Below are positions 16,524 through 23,252 of a stretch of DNA of 23,252 nt, piece by piece. Both the position numbers and the translations under genes were made by a program. The DNA is taken from positions 1-23,252 of the forward strand of contig CAZVFX010000112.1 in NCBI GenBank assembly GCA_964626565.1. The letters run 5' to 3'. The notes under the pieces were generated by a model, which saw only the letters and a list, made by a program, of their open reading frames with translations, was not told the DNA's origin and made no database searches. This stretch comes from an uncultured Myxococcales bacterium. GTDB taxonomy: Bacteria; Myxococcota_A; UBA9042; CAIXZC01. The stretch's first letter is position 1. Each line of letters begins with the position of its first letter.

Positions 16524-16526
16524 CGG

Positions 16527-17387
16527 CTAAATCACGAAATCGTCTTTGGAGTCCCACTCTTCGGTCAGGTCGAAGGTATCTTCGCTGAGGATCATCTGCT
16601 GGCTGTCGATTCCACCGCCCATGAATCTCACCACCACTGCGGTGATGTTGTCCCGGCCGCCGCGCTCCAGCGCCCGTTTCACCAACTCCCGGCATGCAGC
16701 CCGGGGGTCCTTGTCCGTGGCGAGCACCTTGGCAAGGTCGACGTCGTTGACCTCGTTGTTGAGCCCATCGGAGCACATGAGGTAAACATCGCCGGCCATG
16801 GGCGCCACGATGCTGATGTCCGCTTCCGAATTTGATTCGTCATCGACGCCCAGAGCGCGGGAGACGACGTGGCTCAAAAAAGCGAGGCGCCGCTCGTGGT
16901 CCTGGCCCAGGGAAAAACGGTCCAGCATATCGTTGACCAATGAATGATCGCGGGTGAGGAGGTGGAACTCCTCGCCTCTCAGGCAATAGCAGCGACTGTC
17001 GCCGACGTGTGCGATGTACAAACGGCCATCGGCAAAATAGCAGGACACCACCGTCGTACCCATCCCCATCAATTGAGGCCGGGCCTTGATCTCCTTGAGG
17101 ATCCCACTGTGGGCAGACTTGATCGCACCCACCAGACGCACGGAATGAACGTCGTCGCCCGAGGCGACCCGCGCCAGCCAGGTGCCAACACCTTTGCGTT
17201 GGGCCGTACTGGTGAACACCCGCTCTATCGCGCCGACGGCGAGAGAACTGGCCACATCGCCGGCCCCGTGGCCGCCCATACCGTCAGCGACAACGAACAG
17301 ATTCTCATCGGGCAGTATAAGAAGGGAATCTTCGTTGACTTTCCGGACCCGGCCTACGTGGGTAGTGGCGGCATAATCCAGTCTCAT
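16527..17387 (-). CDS. PP2C-family Ser/Thr protein phosphatase (PrpC/Stp-like)
   Basis: Canonical motifs ATTHVGRVRKVNED, FVVADGMGGHGAGDVAS, MGMGTTVV, CSDGL. Acidic tail of about 40 aa. Confidence 0.9.
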   Translation of the reverse strand: MRLDYAATTHVGRVRKVNEDSLLILPDENLFVVADGMGGHGAGDVASSLAVGAIERVFTSTAQRKGVGTWLARVASGDDVHSVRLVGAIKSAHSGILKEIKARPQLMGMGTTVVSCYFADGRLYIAHVGDSRCYCLRGEEFHLLTRDHSLVNDMLDRFSLGQDHERRLAFLSHVVSRALGVDDESNSEADISIVAPMAGDVYLMCSDGLNNEVNDVDLAKVLATDKDPRAACRELVKRALERGGRDNITAVVVRFMGGGIDSQQMILSEDTFDLTEEWDSKDDFVI

Positions 17388-17482
17388 TTACTCGCTAACT
17401 CCGTGCCATGAAGATCACAAACATCCTTAGGGATGTACTATCATGATTACGAGCGCGGGACAAGGAAAAGACTGGAATTCAC

Positions 17483-18406
17483 CTAGTCGCCGGAAGGTTC
17501 GACAGAGAAGGACCGAACGTGAGGAACTCGACGTTGTGCAGGGCGCCGGAAACCTACCCTGCCCTTGCCTATGGCAACTACCGAATACACCCGCTCCGGC
17601 CCGGGAATGTTCAGCAACTTCTTGATGCGGGCATCGTGCTTCATCGCTTCCACCGCAAACCCGATCAGGCAGGTGTCATATCCCATCGCGTGCGCGGCCA
17701 GGAGCATATTCTGGGTGGCCAGCAAGGCGTCTTCCGCCGGGCAGGAAGCCCCGGGGTGCATACCGATCACGATGAGCGCGGTCGCACCGTGGAAAAGACG
17801 ATCCCGCCCGGTCTCCCGGGCCTCCTGCAACGCGCGGGCAACCTCATCCCGGTAGTCCCGATAGTACGCGCCCAGGGCGTCCTTCATAAACAACCTTGAG
17901 AGCAGACGCAGCAGCCATATCCCACTCAACTTGTTAAGCCGCTCGAAAAACCGCCCCACCGCTTCCCCTACCCTCAGCACCGATTTGCGATCGGGTACCG
18001 TGGTGAAGGTCCACAACTGGCAGTTGGTGCCGGAAGGTGCGGTGGTTCCGATCCGCACCAGATCCCGCAGCACCTCCGCAGGCACCTGCTCATCCCCGAA
18101 AGTTCGGCAGGACCGCCGGGCCCGCATGAGCGCCACAAGGCCGGCAGTGTCGTAGTCGCCACGCCGTACAAGCTGGGGTGGCGTGGCAAAGGTCTCCATG
18201 GACAGGGCGTCCGCAGCCAGAGAATCCACGGTCACCGCCCCTTCCGGGCACACCGCGGCACAGTGTCCGCACCCCATGGAATCATCCCCCGTCACCACGG
18301 CTTTGCCCTCCGCCAGAGAGAGAGTCTCGGAGGGACAGACCTTGACGCAGGACCCACATCCCGTACACAACTCCTGGTCGATTCTGGTGGTAACCGGACG
18401 CTTCAT
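17483..18406 (-). CDS. Ferredoxin (2x[4Fe-4S]) plus nitroreductase-family fusion protein
   Basis: N-terminal CTGCGSCVKVCP and CGHCAAVCP cluster motifs. Nitroreductase-family signature RRSCRTF followed by a typical FMN-binding fold region. GGGAGGTG RBS 5 nt upstream of the ATG. Confidence 0.85.
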   Translation of the reverse strand: MKRPVTTRIDQELCTGCGSCVKVCPSETLSLAEGKAVVTGDDSMGCGHCAAVCPEGAVTVDSLAADALSMETFATPPQLVRRGDYDTAGLVALMRARRSCRTFGDEQVPAEVLRDLVRIGTTAPSGTNCQLWTFTTVPDRKSVLRVGEAVGRFFERLNKLSGIWLLRLLSRLFMKDALGAYYRDYRDEVARALQEARETGRDRLFHGATALIVIGMHPGASCPAEDALLATQNMLLAAHAMGYDTCLIGFAVEAMKHDARIKKLLNIPGPERVYSVVAIGKGRVGFRRPAQRRVPHVRSFSVEPSGD

Positions 18407-18420
18407 TTCGACACCTCCCG

Positions 18421-18476
18421 ATAGCGGCCGCTATTGTCCGGCATTTACACCGGACTTGCAAGACGCGCCGGCATTT
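18421..18476. promoter_or_regulatory. 14-bp perfect palindrome ATAGCGGCCGCTAT followed by two direct CCGGCATTT repeats 30 bp apart, in the divergent nitroreductase/protease promoter region
   Basis: Palindrome at 18421-18434, directly upstream of the nitroreductase RBS on the - strand. CCGGCATTT at 18438-18446 and 18468-18476. TTGACG -35-like hexamer at 18481-18486. Confidence 0.3.
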
Positions 18477-18537
18477 GCTTTTGACGCGGCACATTGCTAC
18501 CCTCTCCCCTGCATGTGTCTTTCTTTGGAGGTCAGCC

Positions 18538-20553
18538 TTGAAGTTCAGTCCCCTGCGTTGTCCGCTCCCCGCCCTTGCGTTCATTCTTCTGTTTTTGCCG
18601 CTGCTCGCCTGCAACGCGAACAATGGCCCGGCTTCGACGCCTTCCACCGTCACGAAGCAACAACCGATCATCGGCGGCGAGGCCGAGGACGGTCACATGC
18701 CCGTGGGCGCATTGACGTCCGTCTATCCCGGCTACGGTTATGGCGGCAGTCACTGCTCCGGCACCCTCATCGCACCTCAGTGGGTGCTCACCGCGGCGCA
18801 CTGCGTCTCCAATGACGACGGAATGCCTATGTTCCCGGAATTGGTGAGTTTCTACGTCGGCCCCAACGCCAACCCGCCCAAGTTCGGGAACCTCCCGGCC
18901 CAGGGTTCCCTGCATCAGGCGGACAAGTTCATCGTCCATCCCGACTACAACGCCAACTACATCAGCAACGATATCGCGCTGGTCCATCTCTCGTCGCCGG
19001 TTGAAGAAATCGACCACTACGCCCCGAATCCGGTTCCCATTACGGAAGGTCACTACGGGACGGAAGCGATGTACGTAGGCTTTGGCGTTACCAACGGCAA
19101 GAGCCAGGCCGGGGGCGGGGTCAAACGGTCCGCACTCATCGCCATTACCGGCCATGAAGACTCTCTGTACTGGAGCGAATATGTGGATACCGGCGTCTGC
19201 TTTGGAGACTCAGGCGGTCCGGGCCTGCTGCAGACCGGCGGCGAGGAGGACAACGGCTGGTACGTCATTGGGATCAACTCGTTCGTCGGCGGCGACGGCG
19301 GCAGCGGGGACCCCTGCAAGGACCACGCTTTTCACACCAAGGTCGACGTCTACTACGACTGGGTCCTCGATCATGTAGCAGGCCCCCAGCCCACGTGCAG
19401 CGACGAACCTGCTCTGTGCTGGTGCGACGACGCGTGTGGTGAAGACGGAACGTGCGACAACACGCTGTGCCAGACCAAGACCTGCAAGGAGCTCTACTGG
19501 TGCCTGGCCGATTGCGGCTACAACGCCAAGTGCCGCAAGGACTGCCACATCTCCGGCAGCCCGGAAGCCAAGGAAAACCTGACGCAACTCCTCATCTGCT
19601 ACTACCAGAAATGCGGCTGGTTCGACGGCGAGGACTGGGAATACTGCGTGGAGACTCAATGCAGCGACGTGGTCGAATCCTGCCTGCCCGAGGTTTTCGG
19701 TGAAGCTGATTGTGCGACCATCGATGAGTGTGTCCAGGGCTGTGACAACTACTCCTGTCAGATGGAGTGCGTGGAGAGCGGGACTCTCGAAGCCCAGGAC
19801 GCCCTGTCCGACATGTACAATTGCGTCGAGACAAACTGCTCCGACGACCTGACCCCCTTAGAGTACTTCGGTTGCCTGTACGAGAACTGCGCCGGTCCGG
19901 TCTACACCTGCCTGCCGCCGAAAGGGTGTGCAATCACCGGCGGCGATTGCCCCATCGATTTCGCCTGCTATCCGGCAACCTCAGAGTTGTTCGACTGCTT
20001 CCCGTCCGAACAGTTCGAAATGGACGAACTGTGCGATCCCAACGAATGGCTGCCTCTTCACTGTGGGGACGGGAGTGTCTGCTATCCCGGTGAGCAACTG
20101 GGCTCTTGTCGCCCGTACTGCCTCACCGACGCCGACTGTGACCCGGACGACTACTGCCTTGTTCCGGCCCGCTACGATCAGCCCGGCCTCGGCGCATGCC
20201 TCTGTCGGGATGAGGACGGTGATGGTTGGTGCAAGGCGGACGAATGTGATGACGAGAATCCGCTGGTCAACGCGGGCATCGGCGAGCTTTGTTTCGACGA
20301 GATCGACAACGATTGTGACGGGGAGGTGGACGAAGGATGCGGGCCGCCACCCGGAAGCGAAGAAGATATTCTGGAAACCGGTGACATCCTGGCCGCGGAC
20401 GCGGAGGAAGGGGACGCCGGGCCCCATTTCCTGGGGGGGAAATCTTCTTCGGGATGCAACTCCGCCCCCGCCCGCACACCCGGCTCGGCCGCGATCCTCT
20501 TCCTCTTCCTTTTGTGCGCCATCGTCTCCCCCCGGCTGCGGCGGATGCGATAG
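18538..20553 (+). CDS. Secreted trypsin-like S1 serine protease (lipoprotein signal) with a Cys-rich C-terminal region, a MopE-type Cys/Asp metal-binding-like motif and a MYXO-CTERM-like C-terminal sorting signal
   Basis: TTG start at 18538, 6 nt after GGAGG. Signal peptide FILLFLPLLAC|NANNG. S1 catalytic triad motifs IIGGE...LTAAHC (His), NDIALV (Asp), GDSGGP (Ser). About 300 aa with more than 50 Cys. CRDEDGDGWCKADECDDENPLVNAGIGELCFDEIDNDCDGEVDEGCG resembles the MopE/putative metal-binding repeat. Tail ...SSSGCNSAPARTPGSAAILFLFLLCAIVSPRLRRMR has a GC motif, a hydrophobic helix and an Arg cluster. Confidence 0.8.
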   Translation: MKFSPLRCPLPALAFILLFLPLLACNANNGPASTPSTVTKQQPIIGGEAEDGHMPVGALTSVYPGYGYGGSHCSGTLIAPQWVLTAAHCVSNDDGMPMFPELVSFYVGPNANPPKFGNLPAQGSLHQADKFIVHPDYNANYISNDIALVHLSSPVEEIDHYAPNPVPITEGHYGTEAMYVGFGVTNGKSQAGGGVKRSALIAITGHEDSLYWSEYVDTGVCFGDSGGPGLLQTGGEEDNGWYVIGINSFVGGDGGSGDPCKDHAFHTKVDVYYDWVLDHVAGPQPTCSDEPALCWCDDACGEDGTCDNTLCQTKTCKELYWCLADCGYNAKCRKDCHISGSPEAKENLTQLLICYYQKCGWFDGEDWEYCVETQCSDVVESCLPEVFGEADCATIDECVQGCDNYSCQMECVESGTLEAQDALSDMYNCVETNCSDDLTPLEYFGCLYENCAGPVYTCLPPKGCAITGGDCPIDFACYPATSELFDCFPSEQFEMDELCDPNEWLPLHCGDGSVCYPGEQLGSCRPYCLTDADCDPDDYCLVPARYDQPGLGACLCRDEDGDGWCKADECDDENPLVNAGIGELCFDEIDNDCDGEVDEGCGPPPGSEEDILETGDILAADAEEGDAGPHFLGGKSSSGCNSAPARTPGSAAILFLFLLCAIVSPRLRRMR

Positions 20554-20687
20554 CATTGCATGTTCCAATTTCCCGGTTTATTGTAGCTTCAGGCCACAAG
20601 ACCAGTGAATAGCTGTCGTTCCGTTGCGTCTTTGGCCCGGCTTTGATGGCTAACGGGCAGCAAGAAAGATACCCTGGGGAGGAATTC

Positions 20688-23249
20688 ATGACTGATTTGC
20701 GGAAACTGGTTGCACTGGCGGCTGCGCTTTACCTGGTGGCGTTCATCGGATGTGGTGGCAGCGGTGGGAGCGGCGACAGCACTCCTGCTACTGCAGACCC
20801 GGTGGACAACTGGCACGTCCTGGAGGACTTCGACCCACCCGAGGCCAACGTTCTCATCGGACAGGTGCTCTCCCCCGGCGGGACACCAATTTCGGGCGCT
20901 ACCGTATCGGTGGAAGGCGGGCCTTCGGCAACCACCGACCCCAGGGGGTACTACTATCTGGAAGGAGTGGATCTGGGCAAAGTGTTCTATGTACATTTCT
21001 CTGCTTCCGGATTCAGCCCGCTGATCAAAAAGGCCAAGGTGAATGACGGTACCACCTCCACCATGAACGGGCTGCTGCTACCCCACGTGCAGTCCCGAAA
21101 GGTGACCGCGGCAGACGGCGGCGAGGCGGCGTTCGACCGAGGTGCAGTGGCCTTCAAGCCCGGCACCATCGTCGATTCGTCCGGGGCCGTGGTGGATGGG
21201 GCGGTGAACGTACGCATGTCGATCATCGATATTCGTTCCAATCAACTGCTCGCAGCACCCGGGGATTTCACCGCACGGGATGCAGCAAACGAGGACGTGA
21301 CTCTGGAAACTTTCGGGTTGAGCGATATCTCGGTGGAGATGAACGGCGAAACGCTCAATATCAAGGAAGGCGAAACCGCTGAACTGGAAATCCTGCTTCC
21401 CGATGACACCGAACTCCAGGAAGGCGACGAAGTGCCGCTGTGGTACTTTGACGAACCCACCGGCAAGTGGGTTGAGGAAGGAATGGGAGTGGTAACCTCC
21501 TCGGCTCGCTATCCCGGCCGCCTCGGGGTGGTCGGCGACGTGGGGCATTTTTCGTGGTGGAACTGCGACAAACCGATGGAAGTTGCATGCCTCAAGGGGC
21601 AGGTAAAGAAGTGTGACGGCTCTCCTGCCGCGGGCGCTTATGTCCAGGCGCACGGCATCGACTACGATGGCATAACCGAGGCCCACGCGGACGAAAACGG
21701 ACAATTCTGCATTCCGGTTCGCATTGCGTCCAAGGTGAAGCTCATGGCAACTTACGGCTGGGGTGAAGAGGCGCTGGTTTCGGTGAAGGAAGTCGACACA
21801 CCTGCCGAGGCGTCCAACTGCGACAACCCTTCCGGCTGCGACGTCCACGACATGGAGCTGCCGTGCGATCCGTCGAAAAACGAGGTGGACTGCACCGACA
21901 CCTACTTCGTCCCCTGCAAAGGCAGCGTCAAGGGCAAGGTCGTTGACGAAAACGGCGAACCGGTAGCCCTGGCCGAAGTGACGGTCAAGTCGGGCAACAC
22001 CACGTACATCGTGTACACCAATTCCAACGGCGAGTACTGCTCCAAGGCGGGCTTGGATACGCTCACGACCTTGTTTGCGCTGTCGCCCATCGGCGCGTCC
22101 GTTCCGGTGGCGGTTAAGGTGACGGAAGAATCGCTGTGCCCGGACGGAACTGTGGCTCCCGACCTGGTTGTTCAAGGGGATGTAACCGCGAGTGGCGATG
22201 ATGACGACATTATCGACTTGTGCAAATGCCAGGGGCTGTCGGGAACGGTTTCAATGAACCCCATCTCGGTAGAATCCGCAGCCCCCGAGTTCGCCACCAT
22301 GACCGCGGGCTTCGGTGTCGCCTATTTGCAGGAGAACTCGGAAGGCGTGAAGAAACTCTCTCTGGACCTCACCTTCTATCCGCCCTGTTCCAGCGGCAAC
22401 AACGCACTGCCTACGGCCACCGCGGACCTGGATGTTCCGGTGGCTCTGATCAAGGCGGCCACGCCGATGAACGAGGACTGGGAATCTGAGATCTACTTCG
22501 ACGGCACTGCGTCGCTGCGTCCCAAGCTTCCCATCCACATGGGCAACCAGACTTTCAAGCTCAACAGCGGCGGTGAGTACGAGAGCACCGAAGGTCCGGT
22601 GTCCAGCATCACCCTGGATTCCGCTGACATCAAGGCGGGAGGGACTCTCAAGGGATCTTACGAACTGTACTACGAGCCTCGGTGCGCGCCCGCAGGCGGG
22701 CTGGTGTTGATCTCCGGCAGTTTCGACCTGCCCATTCGAGACAGCTCGTCAGTGCTTTGGACCCTGGATATGGAGTCGGAGTCATTCACCGCCTGGATGT
22801 GCTCCATGGCCAGCCTCCTCATCGAGTTGGAGCTTGGGTGGCTGGGCAGTTACGGGGCCGGCAGCGTGCAGTTGGAAGTAGACGGACTGCCCATCCCCTT
22901 CGAGGACGACTGGGACTCATCTGCCAGATTCAGGCCTGATGACAACGTGTTGCAGCTTGACCTCAACTCCAGCCTCCTGCACTTCTACACCTCGGTAGAT
23001 GGACCGGTGGAAGGAGCCAACCCAGTTGAAAACGGCAATCTTATGATGGAGACCGAGGAGGACTGCTACAACTCCAAGCCCACCGGCACAGTGATTATTC
23101 AGGGCACTCCCGGCGCTCCCGACAGTTTCATCCTCACCGGCAGTTTCGACATCGACTACTCTCCTTCCGAGGGCTCCAGCGGAGCCGGCTGCAAAGACCA
23201 CAAGGCCACCGGCCTGTTCATCGCACCCACCTGCTTCACCGGCTTCTAG
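20688..23249 (+). CDS. Large secreted lipoprotein with CarboxypepD_reg-like (Ig-like beta-sandwich) domains, function unknown
   Basis: GGGGAGG RBS 5 nt upstream of the ATG at 20688. Signal peptide LVALAAALYLVAFIGC|GGSGG. CarboxypepD_reg-like segments (VLIGQVLSPGGTPISGATVSVEGG...TTDPRGYYYLEGV; LKGQVKKCDGSPAAGAYVQAHGIDYDGITEAHADENGQFCIPV; KGKVVDENGEPVALAEVTVKSGNTTYIVYTNSNGEYCS). Stop TAG at 23247-23249. Confidence 0.7.
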   Translation: MTDLRKLVALAAALYLVAFIGCGGSGGSGDSTPATADPVDNWHVLEDFDPPEANVLIGQVLSPGGTPISGATVSVEGGPSATTDPRGYYYLEGVDLGKVFYVHFSASGFSPLIKKAKVNDGTTSTMNGLLLPHVQSRKVTAADGGEAAFDRGAVAFKPGTIVDSSGAVVDGAVNVRMSIIDIRSNQLLAAPGDFTARDAANEDVTLETFGLSDISVEMNGETLNIKEGETAELEILLPDDTELQEGDEVPLWYFDEPTGKWVEEGMGVVTSSARYPGRLGVVGDVGHFSWWNCDKPMEVACLKGQVKKCDGSPAAGAYVQAHGIDYDGITEAHADENGQFCIPVRIASKVKLMATYGWGEEALVSVKEVDTPAEASNCDNPSGCDVHDMELPCDPSKNEVDCTDTYFVPCKGSVKGKVVDENGEPVALAEVTVKSGNTTYIVYTNSNGEYCSKAGLDTLTTLFALSPIGASVPVAVKVTEESLCPDGTVAPDLVVQGDVTASGDDDDIIDLCKCQGLSGTVSMNPISVESAAPEFATMTAGFGVAYLQENSEGVKKLSLDLTFYPPCSSGNNALPTATADLDVPVALIKAATPMNEDWESEIYFDGTASLRPKLPIHMGNQTFKLNSGGEYESTEGPVSSITLDSADIKAGGTLKGSYELYYEPRCAPAGGLVLISGSFDLPIRDSSSVLWTLDMESESFTAWMCSMASLLIELELGWLGSYGAGSVQLEVDGLPIPFEDDWDSSARFRPDDNVLQLDLNSSLLHFYTSVDGPVEGANPVENGNLMMETEEDCYNSKPTGTVIIQGTPGAPDSFILTGSFDIDYSPSEGSSGAGCKDHKATGLFIAPTCFTGF

Positions 23250-23252
23250 ACC

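Noticed and set aside
21078-22175. 365-aa - strand ORF, and other - strand ORFs, inside the 868-aa lipoprotein gene
   Set aside because: Antisense shadow ORFs. The + strand gene has an RBS, a lipoprotein signal and recognisable beta-sandwich domains.

Overview
High-GC (~62%) bacterial chromosomal window, tightly packed with genes and no rRNA, tRNA, CRISPR or IS elements that I can see. The taxon is probably Myxococcota- or Deltaproteobacteria-like, judging from a MYXO-CTERM-like tail, a MopE-type Cys/Asp motif, myxo-style Cys-rich repeats and a ferredoxin-nitroreductase. Gene content from the left: (i) a large beta-propeller lipoprotein on the - strand; (ii) a - strand operon DUF1015-serA-serC-EEP-family lipoprotein with overlapping stop/start codons; (iii) a + strand flotillin operon nfeD(long)-nfeD(short)-floA-hypothetical membrane protein-alr; (iv) the most unusual feature, a lipoprotein with four ~50-aa Cys-rich repeats whose reading frame runs through a single in-frame TGA straight into a TlpA/ResA-like thioredoxin-fold domain, giving an active site W-U-Y-S-C (UxxC), i.e. 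a candidate selenocysteine redoxin fusion, with a SECIS-like hairpin placed correctly downstream; (v) a second, FloT/YqiK-like flotillin; (vi) convergent nitroreductase(2x4Fe-4S)-PP2C phosphatase genes; (vii) a secreted trypsin-like S1 protease with a Cys-rich C-terminal region and a tripartite C-terminal sorting-signal-like tail; (viii) an 868-aa lipoprotein with CarboxypepD_reg-like domains. Several palindromes, direct repeats and sigma70-like promoters sit in the divergent intergenic regions. All functional calls come from motif recognition by eye; I ran no searches.
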